From: an uncultured Bacteroidota bacterium
Lineage (GTDB): Bacteria > Bacteroidota > Rhodothermia > Rhodothermales > UBA10348
Reading direction: 5' to 3'
DNA length: 62,973 nucleotides
Assembly: GCA_937877085.1 (NCBI GenBank)
Contig: CALEEY010000207.1
Location: forward strand, 1-62,973
Position numbers and translations under genes: made by a program. Under the pieces are notes generated by a model that had not been told where the DNA came from, did not search any database, and was given only the letters and a program-made list of their open reading frames with translations. Below, one piece after another: positions 37,290 to 47,461 of the stretch; position 1 is the first letter of the stretch; the number at the start of each line of letters is the position of its first letter.

Positions 37290-37973
37290 ATGTCGAATCC
37301 ATATGTCACGCCAGAGCTTTTTGCGTTCCTTCGAGAATTGAAGTTAAATAACGATAGGGACTGGTTTGCGCTCAACAAAAAGCGGTATGAAAAACACATA
37401 AAAGAGCCCCTCCTTGACCTAATAGCCGATTTTAGCCCCCTATTAGCAGACATCAGCCCTCACTTTCGAGCCATCCCCAAAGCTTCGGGCGGATCTCTTT
37501 TTAGGATCTACCGGGATGTTCGTTTTTCAACCAACAAGGACCCGTATAAAACGCACGCGGCCATTCAATTTCGACATGCTTCCGCTAAAGATGTCCATGC
37601 CCCCGGCTATTACTTGCACCTTGAGCCGGGCAACGTGTTTGTTGGTTTGGGTATTTGGCATCCAGAAAATCCAGTATTGAATCAGATTCGATCCGCCATT
37701 CTAAGTGACGAATCTCATTGGCAAGAAGTGCGAGATGCTGCCGCTGAGGCAGGACTAGAACTACAAGGGGATTCGTTAAAGCGGCCTCCAGCGGGTATCG
37801 AGGCCGATCATGACTTTATTGAGGACTTAAAGCGGAAAGATTTTATAGCTATTGCCCAGTTTGAGCAAGATGCTGCGCTGCGTCCTGACCTTCTGCCTCT
37901 GCTTGCGTCTACCTGGAAGGCAGGATCCCCCTTGATGCAGTTCGTTTCAAAGGCGATGAACGTCCCGTTCTAA
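37290..37973 (+). CDS. DUF2461 (TIGR02453) family protein
   Basis: FLRELKLNNDRDWF...SLFRIYRDVRFS.DK.PYKTH pattern typical of this family. Confidence 0.7.
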   Translation: MSNPYVTPELFAFLRELKLNNDRDWFALNKKRYEKHIKEPLLDLIADFSPLLADISPHFRAIPKASGGSLFRIYRDVRFSTNKDPYKTHAAIQFRHASAKDVHAPGYYLHLEPGNVFVGLGIWHPENPVLNQIRSAILSDESHWQEVRDAAAEAGLELQGDSLKRPPAGIEADHDFIEDLKRKDFIAIAQFEQDAALRPDLLPLLASTWKAGSPLMQFVSKAMNVPF

Positions 37974-38071
37974 TTTAATGTTAATCAGGTCGCTTGCGGT
38001 GACCCGGCAGAAACTGTCCATAAACCATCCCGTTGGCTTAGACCATGTATTCATTTCTCAGCCGAATTTTT

Positions 38072-38545
38072 ATGTCGTTTCCAGACTCTCCCCAAGTAGG
38101 TGACCGCGCCCCCTTATTTTCAGGAACTACTCAGGACAACGTGGTGATTTCGTCTGTCGATTTCGCAGGAAAGAAATTCGCCATTTACTTCTATCCAAGG
38201 GATAATACGCCGGTTTGCACTGTCCAAGCATGCAATCTGAGAGACCACTTCCAAGGCCTAAAGGCAGCTGGTATAACCATCATTGGAGTATCGGACGATC
38301 CTGTGGACAAACATGTGAAGTTTGCAGGTAAACATAGCCTTCCTTTCCCCTTAATAGCCGATACGGCCCATACCATGATGCAGGCTTTTGGAGCGCATGG
38401 AGATAAGCTTCTCTTTGGCCATAAGTACATGGGCACCAAGCGCGTGACCTATTTGATAGATGAACAAGGAATGATCATAAAGGTCATAAATAAGCCTAAA
38501 TCGAGCAATCACGCGGCCGAAATTCTTTCCGGGTTTGGTCTATAG
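38072..38545 (+). CDS. bcp: Thiol peroxidase, Bcp/PrxQ type
   Basis: FYPRDNTPVCTVQAC (peroxidatic and resolving Cys 5 residues apart). Start trimmed to MSFPDSPQVGD; the upstream ATG at 38045 is also possible. Confidence 0.85.
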   Translation: MSFPDSPQVGDRAPLFSGTTQDNVVISSVDFAGKKFAIYFYPRDNTPVCTVQACNLRDHFQGLKAAGITIIGVSDDPVDKHVKFAGKHSLPFPLIADTAHTMMQAFGAHGDKLLFGHKYMGTKRVTYLIDEQGMIIKVINKPKSSNHAAEILSGFGL

Positions 38546-38590
38546 CTTTGGCGTGTCGTTGTAATCCGTTCGTTTTTCCGAGCCATTCCG

Positions 38591-38718
38591 TTATCAAAAA
38601 ACGGTCGGAAAAACACGTGTTCGGAAAAAATAAACTCATCTTTTTTTCCACATTCGCTCTGTTGATAAGTAGTGTTCGGAGTGGATAAATACCCCCTTAT
38701 TCGGGTTGCCTAACCACA
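38591..38718. promoter_or_regulatory. Cluster of DnaA-box-like 9-mers upstream of dnaA
   Basis: Compared with TTATCCACA: TTATCAAAA 38591 (7/9), TTTTCCACA 38644 (8/9), TGTTGATAA 38660 (reverse, 8/9), AGTGGATAA 38680 (reverse, 8/9), CTAACCACA 38710 (7/9). An A/T-rich tract lies at 38625-38647. Confidence 0.45.
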
Positions 38719-38784
38719 TAAATCAGCCTAACATAGTGACACCCAATTCTCGTCCCACCCGTTTTTTTGACTCACAGTTTCTTC

Positions 38785-40320
38785 ATGGAAAGACCACTCG
38801 AAAGGTCATGGCTTCAGCAAAAAACTGAACTGGCATCAAAGATTCCAGCTCAGCAGTTCCAAACCTGGTTGCAGCCTGTACAGTTTGTTTCGTGCACCGA
38901 TGCCGGTAATGCCGTTCACGTTACGCTGAGCGTCCCCTCAGAATTTCATCGCGATTGGGTGGACCGTGAATACGGTTCATTCATTCAATCTTCTGTCGAA
39001 AAAAGCGCCGGAGTGGGTGCTTCCTACAGTTTTATAATCGCAAACGATCAAGTAGTTGAAGCCGTTCACGAAAATGCGGCTCGTCTGTATGGTTCAAACG
39101 CGGTAGAACAATCGTACAGCGGTTCTAACTCGTTCACAGGATCGGGCGTGGCAGAATCCATGCGAAACAAAACCGCTTCGAACTACCCGAGCAATTCGAG
39201 GTCCGTTGAGCCAAAAAACCAGGGCCCCGCGCAAACGCCCCTCTTCTCTATTCGGCCCGAAACGCTACCTGGGGCACTCCCACGTACGCTAAATCCGAAA
39301 TACACGTTTGATTCCTTTATTGAAGCGGATTGTAATCGGTTGGCTCGCAGTGCAGGGGTGGCGGTCTCGAATCGTCCAGGAGAAACCAGTTTTAATCCTT
39401 TTTTGATTTACGGCAAGGTTGGACTTGGCAAAACCCATTTGGCGCATGCCATTGGCAATCACATTGTGGGTCAACATCCGCGGGCTCAAGTATTGTATTT
39501 GACCAGTGAGGCGTTCACGAACTGTTTCGTTCATGCCATCCAGAATAATACATTAGCTGAATTCACCCATTCATTTCGCCAGATAGATGTACTCATTGTA
39601 GACGACATCCAGTTTTTTGGTGGGAAGGAGAAAACGCAAGAACAGTTTTTTCATCTGTTCAATGACCTTCATCAACGGGGCAAACAAATCATTTTGTGCG
39701 CCGACCGAAGCCCCGCTGAAATTGCTGGGATTGAAGAACGATTGTTGTCTCGATTCCGTTGGGGCCTCTCAGCGGATGTGCAGCCACCCGATCTAGAGAC
39801 CCGTACCGCCATCTTGCGCAAACACGCATTGGACAACGGCTTGGATCTATCGGGCGAAGTCATCGATTACATTGCATACAATGTAAAAGATAATATCAGA
39901 CTGCTTGAAGGGGCGTTTAACCGCCTGTTGGCCACCCAGCAAATTACCAAACGCCCCATTGATCTTGCGTTTGTCCAAGAGGCTCTTCAGGATCTAATTG
40001 ACAATCGGACGAGAAAAAGCATTTCTGCTTCTCAGATTCGAGACATTGTGGCTGAATATTACACCATGAGTCCTGATCTGCTGATTGGCAAAAGCCGGAA
40101 AAGGCCCATCGTGGATGCTCGACAAGTAGCCATGCATTTTTGCAAGTTGATGACGCAGCATTCCTTGGAAGCCATTGGTCGACGCTTTGGTGGTAGGGAT
40201 CATTCGACGGTTATCCACGCGTGCAAGGCCATTCAAGCTCGTATTGATACAGATCCTCGATTTGTAGAAGATCTTGGCCGCATCGATCAGATTTTGAAAA
40301 ATCGAGTGCTACACAACTGA
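38785..40320 (+). CDS. dnaA: Chromosomal replication initiator protein DnaA
   Basis: Walker A GKVGLGKTHL, IDVLIVDDIQF, and the C-terminal DNA-binding domain (..GGRDHSTVIHA). Start trimmed from the TTG at 38767 to the ATG at 38785. Confidence 0.96.
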   Translation: MERPLERSWLQQKTELASKIPAQQFQTWLQPVQFVSCTDAGNAVHVTLSVPSEFHRDWVDREYGSFIQSSVEKSAGVGASYSFIIANDQVVEAVHENAARLYGSNAVEQSYSGSNSFTGSGVAESMRNKTASNYPSNSRSVEPKNQGPAQTPLFSIRPETLPGALPRTLNPKYTFDSFIEADCNRLARSAGVAVSNRPGETSFNPFLIYGKVGLGKTHLAHAIGNHIVGQHPRAQVLYLTSEAFTNCFVHAIQNNTLAEFTHSFRQIDVLIVDDIQFFGGKEKTQEQFFHLFNDLHQRGKQIILCADRSPAEIAGIEERLLSRFRWGLSADVQPPDLETRTAILRKHALDNGLDLSGEVIDYIAYNVKDNIRLLEGAFNRLLATQQITKRPIDLAFVQEALQDLIDNRTRKSISASQIRDIVAEYYTMSPDLLIGKSRKRPIVDARQVAMHFCKLMTQHSLEAIGRRFGGRDHSTVIHACKAIQARIDTDPRFVEDLGRIDQILKNRVLHN

Positions 40321-40440
40321 GTGCCCTGCACAACTGAGTGCCCTGCACAATTGAAGGCCTTGCACCTGTGAGTGCCCTGCACAATTGAAGGCTTTGCACC
40401 TGTGAAGGCCCTGCACCTGTGAATGCCCTACACCGTTTGA
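40306..40440. repeat. ~17-bp degenerate tandem array x8 that begins with the last 15 nt of dnaA (including its stop codon)
   Basis: Units: gtgctacacaacTGA / gtgccctgcacaacTGA / gtgccctgcacaatTGAa / ggccttgcacctgTGA / gtgccctgcacaatTGAa / ggctttgcacctgTGAa / ggccctgcacctgTGAa / tgccctacaccgttTGA. Confidence 0.92.
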
Positions 40441-40462
40441 CCACTAGCTAGACTCATTTCAA

Positions 40463-40849
40463 ATGCCCAACGAAAAAGCACCCATTGGCAGCTTTGGCTG
40501 GTTTGACTTAACAACCAACCAAGCGGTCGAACTCAAATCGTTTTATGAAGCCGTCGTAGGCTGGGAATCATCCGATTTAAGTATGGGCAGCTATAGTGAC
40601 TACGTGATGTCCAGCCCGGAGACTAAGGCGCCTGTTGCCGGGGTCTGCCATGCACGGGGAGCAAACGCAGAACTCCCTCCGCAGTGGCTATTGTATGTCT
40701 ATGTAAAAAGTGTCGAAGCCTCTATCAAACAATGCGTTGCCTTGGGTGGGACAGTTATCGCCCCCATCAGGGTTATGGAGGGCCAAGGCAGATACTGCGT
40801 CATTCAAGATCCGGCAGGAGCCGTTTTAGCTATTTTTGAGCAAGAATAG
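40463..40849 (+). CDS. VOC (glyoxalase/bleomycin-resistance fold) family protein
   Basis: About 128 aa. F.WFDL...FY..V.GW......Y.....G....G patterning and a C-terminal ..QDPAGAVLAIF. Confidence 0.7.
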   Translation: MPNEKAPIGSFGWFDLTTNQAVELKSFYEAVVGWESSDLSMGSYSDYVMSSPETKAPVAGVCHARGANAELPPQWLLYVYVKSVEASIKQCVALGGTVIAPIRVMEGQGRYCVIQDPAGAVLAIFEQE

Positions 40850-40928
40850 CCCTGTTTGAGCCAGAATAAACGTGCTTGAGCTAGAATGTCCCTATTTGAG
40901 CAAGAATAGCCCTTTTTGAGCCAGAATA
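40829..40928. repeat. 20-bp degenerate tandem array x5 that begins with the last 20 nt of the VOC gene (reaching into its stop codon)
   Basis: Units: gctatttttgagcaagaaTA(G) / gccctgtttgagccagaaTA(A) / aacgtgcttgagctagaatg / tccctatttgagcaagaaTA(G) / gccctttttgagccagaaTA(A). TTGAG recurs every 20 nt, at 40836, 40856, 40876, 40896 and 40916. Confidence 0.92.
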
Positions 40929-40952
40929 ACCCTGCCTGGGGCGTTTTGAACG

Positions 40953-41810
40953 CTATCGAATGCGTACGTAGGTGACGGTGGAAGACGAAAATTCTAGCGG
41001 TCGCACCCGATCATCGTCGGGAAGGCCCGCTTCTGCGTCAAACAGGAGGGTGTCTAAGCGGGACATATCAATAATCCCAAAAAGCGTAAGCCCGCGAAGA
41101 GGGCCTGACGTAAAACCACTCAAATCCAACAACTCCGGGTTAACGGAGGATTCTCGCTTCCAACGAAGATCCGTGATTGGATAGACGTTCGCTCCCAAGG
41201 CAACTCTCCAGTCCGCTTTTTCATCGCTTCTGAACGAGAACATCTGTTCTTGGCCATCAGAGTCGGTAGAAACCCAATCTCCAATGAGCGACTCTGGACT
41301 GGTTTCGATTAATCGTTTCAAGTCATCGTTAATCCGAATCTGCTCTCTCGCTTCGCTATCAGTGATGATCGGTAAGAGAGAACGCCGCCACCAACTCAAC
41401 GGGATAATTTGCCGGGACACTTGAACCGTCGTGCCGGCTGACTCCCGAACCAAAACGTAGTCGACCACAATGCGAGCGTGTGGTTTTGAAAATGTATACT
41501 GAAACTGTTCTAGTTCCACGAACCCGGTCAATTCACATTCATATTCAGCACTCGGGCTGAGGTCTCCCGATGTGAGGCGGTATCGATTCCCGATCTTATT
41601 GTCATGCTCCACGAGGGCCTCGACGTTGGAAGCATCTTCCACTAGAAATGGAATGGTTGCCGCTTTGGTCAAAACCCTAAACGATGTCGCCACGCTCCTA
41701 TGCACAGTAAATGTCGAACGAATGACAGCCGTTGGCTTAAAAATGCCGACACTTATAAACGCAAGGATCAAGAGCAATGCACCAACCAACCAAACCTTGT
41801 ATTTGCCCAT
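40953..41810 (-). CDS. Hypothetical membrane-anchored protein
   Basis: Start trimmed to MGKYKVWLVGALLLILAFISVG (TM anchor). No family recognised. Confidence 0.45.
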   Translation of the reverse strand: MGKYKVWLVGALLLILAFISVGIFKPTAVIRSTFTVHRSVATSFRVLTKAATIPFLVEDASNVEALVEHDNKIGNRYRLTSGDLSPSAEYECELTGFVELEQFQYTFSKPHARIVVDYVLVRESAGTTVQVSRQIIPLSWWRRSLLPIITDSEAREQIRINDDLKRLIETSPESLIGDWVSTDSDGQEQMFSFRSDEKADWRVALGANVYPITDLRWKRESSVNPELLDLSGFTSGPLRGLTLFGIIDMSRLDTLLFDAEAGLPDDDRVRPLEFSSSTVTYVRIR

Positions 41811-41983
41811 AGAATTGAACTTTCGAAAGCCCGTCAACTTCTTCGAATAGATGTCCCACTTAAAGGTGCAATCTTCACTCAATAATACCACATTCTATCT
41901 ATAAGATCTCTCATCCTGACGTTGGAATCAACGGGATTGGTGCGTATTATCAAAGTGCTCTAATTCCCGGGTTAGCGGATTAA

Positions 41984-43060
<1,077 letters not shown>

Positions 43061-43087
43061 ACCGCTTGCGTTGGGCGGTCCAGAATT

Positions 43088-43267
43088 TTTTCCACAGTTT
43101 ATCCACTTCCCCGCTTTTTCACTGTTTGGGCTAATTTTTGCCCATCCCCTAGTGCTGACACCATGTGACCGGTCGTAAGTATCTGTTTTTACTGCGTTTA
43201 CGCATTATCTACAAATCGCCAAACAGCCCTCCTGATTATTTCAAAGCTGTTTTCAATCTTGTCCACT
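43088..43267 (+). promoter_or_regulatory. Second cluster of DnaA-box-like 9-mers (all in plus orientation) between mreB and tag
   Basis: TTTTCCACA 43088 (8/9), TTATCCACT 43099 (8/9), TTATCTACA 43205 (8/9), TTGTCCACT 43259 (7/9). The non-coding spacer is 234 bp. Confidence 0.4.
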
Positions 43268-43294
43268 TACTATTAACAACTCGGACCTTCCAAT

Positions 43295-43867
43295 TCAGCC
43301 TTCTTTTGGGCTAAGAAAGCAACTGTCTATGTGATCGTTGACGAGCCCAACCGCCTGCATGTAGGCGTATATAATGGTTGGCCCCACGAACTTGAATCCT
43401 CGGCGCTTTAGGTCCCGACTAATTTGGATAGAAAGCGGTGTTTCTGCCGGAAGTTCTGAATGTTTTTTGGGTAGGTTTACCAAAGGACGGCCATCGACGT
43501 ATGCCCACAAATAGGTAGAAAATGACCCGAATTCCTTCTGCACCTTTAGGAATTCCACCGCATTGGTAACAGCCGAAGCTATTTTCAATCGATTGCGAAC
43601 AATTCCGGGGTCCTGACGGAGGGCTTCGCAGTCTTCAGCCGTCATCCGCGCCACTTTGGAGGGATCGAAGTTGTGAAATGCCCTTCGATAGCCTTCCCTC
43701 TTTTGAAGTATGGTGATCCAACTGAGTCCGGCCTGCGCGCCTTCCAAAATCAACATCTCAAATAGCTTTTGATCGTCGTGTTGAGGGTTACCCCACTCGT
43801 TGTCGTGATAGGCTACGTACAGCGGATCGCTACCACACCACGGGCAACGAGGAATATCAGTGGTCAT
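43295..43867 (-). CDS. tag: DNA-3-methyladenine glycosylase I
   Basis: RCPWCGSDPLYVAYHDNEWG (zinc-snap N-terminus), ..LEGAQAGLSW.TIL.KR.. pattern. Confidence 0.9.
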   Translation of the reverse strand: MTTDIPRCPWCGSDPLYVAYHDNEWGNPQHDDQKLFEMLILEGAQAGLSWITILQKREGYRRAFHNFDPSKVARMTAEDCEALRQDPGIVRNRLKIASAVTNAVEFLKVQKEFGSFSTYLWAYVDGRPLVNLPKKHSELPAETPLSIQISRDLKRRGFKFVGPTIIYAYMQAVGLVNDHIDSCFLSPKEG

Positions 43868-43927
43868 TGGGATTAGGTGGATTTAGTTGGATGCGCGATT
43901 GTGGTAGTGAGTGGGGGATGAACAAAC

Positions 43928-44188
43928 TCAACCAACCAGCCATAGGATGGACAAAATCAACACTTGAATTACCATGGTCGAAACAATGGTGATCCACAAT
44001 TTCCGATCGACTACAAGGCCAATGGAGGATCCCAAAAGCGCCGCGACTGTGGTCCAAAGTAAGAAGCCAAAAAGGTCTATTACGCCAAATATCACCCAAA
44101 ACAAGAGCGATAGCGCGAGTGAAACGATGACCGCGACAAAATAATGCCGTTTTGCGGTCGAGGATGCCTTGTTACTTGCTGATTCCAT
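43928..44188 (-). CDS. Small integral membrane protein (about 3 TM segments)
   Basis: Three hydrophobic segments. No family recognised. Confidence 0.45.
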   Translation of the reverse strand: MESASNKASSTAKRHYFVAVIVSLALSLLFWVIFGVIDLFGFLLWTTVAALLGSSIGLVVDRKLWITIVSTMVIQVLILSILWLVG

Positions 44189-44307
44189 GTAAGAATGATA
44201 CTGCTTAGAACCCCTTCGTTCAAACCTGACATTGGTTCCTTTCCCTTCTTGTAACCCGATGAGTCATCGATTAGTTTTCTGTTTCGCTCACCAAATCTGT
44301 ATCTATT

Positions 44308-46353
44308 GTGAACCGCACTGTTATCGCTATCGTCTTCGTGACACTCGTTGTCGCGGCTATTGTATATAATGCCACCTCGAAAGAGCAACGTGTCCTCGTT
44401 TTTTCAATGACGGCAGGCTTCAGGCACGCCTCCATTGCCGATGGTAAGGCGGCGTTAATGACCCTCGGGATGGAAAATGGGTTTGCTGTCGATTCTACTG
44501 AAAATCCAGCCATTTTTACGGATGAAGGGTTGGCTCCCTACGACGCCGTGATATTTTTGAGCACGACTCAAAACGTACTGGATGAGTCCCAACAGATAGC
44601 CTTTCAACGCTTTATCCAGGGCGGCGGTGGCTATGTAGGAATTCACGCTGCTTCGGACACAGAATATGATTGGCCTTGGTATGGCCAACTGGTTGGAGGG
44701 TATTTTGTTAATCACCCGGCCATCCAAGAAGCGAAATTGATTGTTGAAGACCCGTCCGATAGTTCTACGCGACATCTTCCTGCCACTTGGACACATACGG
44801 ACGAGTGGTATAATCATCGCATGGTAAGAACGGACCTCACAGTCCTGATTTCCATCGACGAGACTTCCTACGATGTCGGAGAAGATACCTCCGAAGGCAC
44901 GACGCATCCGGTTTCCTGGAAACATGCGTTCGATGGTGGGCGGTCCTTTTATACAAATTTGGGCCATCAATCGGAAACGTGGGTTGACCCTGCATTTCTA
45001 ACGCATGTTCTCGAAGGGGTCAAATGGGCCATGGATGGGGACCAAACGTCAGCTCAAACACCCAATGAGTCTCAATTTTCGCAGCAGGTGTTAATTGAAA
45101 ACGTGCGCGAACCGATGGAAATAGCGCCTTTACCTGATGGTAGAGTTCTGATGATAGAACGCCACGGAAGTATTCAATTACTCGATCCCGCAACGGGAAT
45201 AAATGAGATTGTAGGCGAACTCCCCGTCTATTCGGAAATGGAGGATGGGCTTTTAGGCGTCGCGCTAGACCCTGGTTTTTCCGAAAACGGTTGGATCTAT
45301 CTGTATTATTCGGCCCCTGGAGATACCACTGAACAACATCTTTCTCGGTTTCACTTTGACGGCAAATTGGTTGACCTCGCTTCGGAAACGATCTTGCTAC
45401 GTGTGCCTACCCAACGCGTTGAATGTTGCCATGCCGGTGGCTCTTTGGCCTTTGATTCCAAAGGTAACCTGTTCGTTTCAACCGGCGACAATACAAATCC
45501 GTTCGCGTCTGATGGATACAGTCCATCGGATGAAACCCCGGGTCGGTCTCCGTGGGATGCCCAGCGAACGAGTGCAAATTCAAGGGATTACCGTGGGAAA
45601 ATCTTGCGCGTCCATCCGGAGGAGGATGGCACGTATTCCATCCCAGATGGCAACCTCTTCGCCGATGGAGTGGATGGACACCCGGAAATCTATATCATGG
45701 GAGACCGTAACCCCTTCCGAATTTCTATTGATTCGGCAAACGATTGGCTTTATTGGGGCGAAGTTGGACCCGATGCGACCGATCCACGAGAGGGTCGCGG
45801 ACCAGCCGGGCACGACGAAATTAATCAAGCCAGAGCAGCCGGCTTCTTTGGGTGGCCCTATTTTGTTGGAAATAACAAGGCCTACACCAACTACGACTTT
45901 GTAAAAAAACAGTCCGGTGAGGCATATGACGCGGCAGCGCCCATAAATGACTCGCCCAACAACACGGGTACACAAACGCTTCCGCCAGCTCAACCGGCCT
46001 GGATTTGGTATCCGTATGGCGAGTCTCCCGAGTTTCCGCTGTATAAAACAGGCGGCCGAACCGCCATGGCCGGACCCGTTTATCATAAAGGCGCGCTAGA
46101 GGGAGGCTTCCCCGCGTATTACGAGGGAAAACTATTCATCTACGAATGGATGCGGCATAAAATATTCGTAGTGACTATGGATAAAGATGGAAATTACGAT
46201 TATATGGAAACGTTTTTACCATCGACCACGCTTAGCCGTCCCATGGATCTGGCGTTCGGTCCAGACGGTTCGCTATTTGTTTTGGAGTACGGTGAAACGT
46301 GGAATGCGCGAAATAAAGAAGCTCGGCTTTCCAAGTTTACGTACACCCCTTAG
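44308..46353 (+). CDS. ThuA-like domain fused to a PQQ-dependent (glucose/sorbosone) sugar dehydrogenase beta-propeller
   Basis: GTG start. N-terminal RVLVFSMTAGFRHASI...GGGGYVGIHAA (ThuA-like). The C-terminal half is LPDGRVLMIERHG.I..., DGLLGVALDP, GG.L.F...G.L typical of soluble PQQ dehydrogenases. Confidence 0.7.
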   Translation: MNRTVIAIVFVTLVVAAIVYNATSKEQRVLVFSMTAGFRHASIADGKAALMTLGMENGFAVDSTENPAIFTDEGLAPYDAVIFLSTTQNVLDESQQIAFQRFIQGGGGYVGIHAASDTEYDWPWYGQLVGGYFVNHPAIQEAKLIVEDPSDSSTRHLPATWTHTDEWYNHRMVRTDLTVLISIDETSYDVGEDTSEGTTHPVSWKHAFDGGRSFYTNLGHQSETWVDPAFLTHVLEGVKWAMDGDQTSAQTPNESQFSQQVLIENVREPMEIAPLPDGRVLMIERHGSIQLLDPATGINEIVGELPVYSEMEDGLLGVALDPGFSENGWIYLYYSAPGDTTEQHLSRFHFDGKLVDLASETILLRVPTQRVECCHAGGSLAFDSKGNLFVSTGDNTNPFASDGYSPSDETPGRSPWDAQRTSANSRDYRGKILRVHPEEDGTYSIPDGNLFADGVDGHPEIYIMGDRNPFRISIDSANDWLYWGEVGPDATDPREGRGPAGHDEINQARAAGFFGWPYFVGNNKAYTNYDFVKKQSGEAYDAAAPINDSPNNTGTQTLPPAQPAWIWYPYGESPEFPLYKTGGRTAMAGPVYHKGALEGGFPAYYEGKLFIYEWMRHKIFVVTMDKDGNYDYMETFLPSTTLSRPMDLAFGPDGSLFVLEYGETWNARNKEARLSKFTYTP

Positions 46354-46449
46354 AAGTGATCTTTTCCATGGGAAGTCGACAAATGGCCCCACCGAATAGA
46401 GCCATCAATACTCTTTTGCACTAAGCTTAAACCCTACACGGATAGTCCG

Positions 46450-47391
46450 ATGAATCGAATCCTTTTGGCTGGTGCCCTCCTTTTTGCCGTGGGCTGTTCC
46501 AGTCCAGCCGTTCAGGAGAAAACCGAAGGCATGATCGACGTTCCCGGAGGTCGGATTTATTACGAAATGTCGAATCCGAACGCTACTGGCACGCCCCTTC
46601 TCCTCATCCATGGGGGCCCGGGCTCAACCAGTTGCTATTTCGGGCTTCTCGATGACCTGATTACCGACCGACCCGTCATTCGATATGACCAACTGGACAC
46701 GGGCAAATCCGATAGGCCTGGGGATCGTTCGCGTTGGGTCCTCCCTCATTTTGTAGAGGAAATAGAAGCTATTCGCGCCGCATTGGATCTAAAAGAACTC
46801 CACATCTTGGGGTCAAGTTGGGGCGGCACCGTGGCTGCAGAATATGGCCTAGAAGGCAACACGCAAGGCTTAAAGTCGATCATCTTTGCGGGCCCCTTAC
46901 TTTCCACACCAAAATGGATGGAAGATGCTCAAATTCTGATCTCACAGATGCCAGAAGATCTTCAAAACGTGATCCGGACCAACGAAGAGGCCGGTACGTA
47001 TTCGGATCCAGCCTACATTGCCGCAACCGATTCGTTTTATGCCCGCTTTCTATATCATCAACCGAAAAAAGATGTCCCAGAGTGTGAAGGCGTAAACGGC
47101 AACAATGACATGTATAATTACATGTGGGGCCCGACCGAATTCACCGCCACAGGCACTTTGTTGGATTATGATCGCACCGACCGGCTACACGAGCTTACCA
47201 TGCCTGTTCTCTTGATCGCGGGAGAGTTTGACGAGGCCAGACCATCGACCCTTGAAGAATTCGCGCTCCTCATGCCTAATGCCCAGGTCGAGGTTCTTTT
47301 AGATGCGGGCCACGTGGGGATGGTCGATAGGCCGGAAGAATATGCCCAGCTCGTAAACACGTACTTGGCCACAGTAGAGTCTAAGAAGTAG
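46450..47391 (+). CDS. Proline iminopeptidase-family alpha/beta hydrolase (lipoprotein signal)
   Basis: HGGPG oxyanion motif, GSSWGG nucleophile elbow, signal ..LLFAVGCSS. Confidence 0.8.
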   Translation: MNRILLAGALLFAVGCSSPAVQEKTEGMIDVPGGRIYYEMSNPNATGTPLLLIHGGPGSTSCYFGLLDDLITDRPVIRYDQLDTGKSDRPGDRSRWVLPHFVEEIEAIRAALDLKELHILGSSWGGTVAAEYGLEGNTQGLKSIIFAGPLLSTPKWMEDAQILISQMPEDLQNVIRTNEEAGTYSDPAYIAATDSFYARFLYHQPKKDVPECEGVNGNNDMYNYMWGPTEFTATGTLLDYDRTDRLHELTMPVLLIAGEFDEARPSTLEEFALLMPNAQVEVLLDAGHVGMVDRPEEYAQLVNTYLATVESKK

Positions 47392-47461
47392 GTGTTTTTT
47401 TGATTTCGAGGTAAACGAAAATGGTTTCGGGAAACAACACGGGAACGCACAAGACGGGTTT

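Noticed and set aside
40211-40444. 77-aa minus-strand ORF over the dnaA 3' end and the repeat array.
   Set aside because: It is an artefact of the tandem repeats, giving a repetitive translation (CRALTGA.. x3). It overlaps the dnaA DNA-binding domain coding region.
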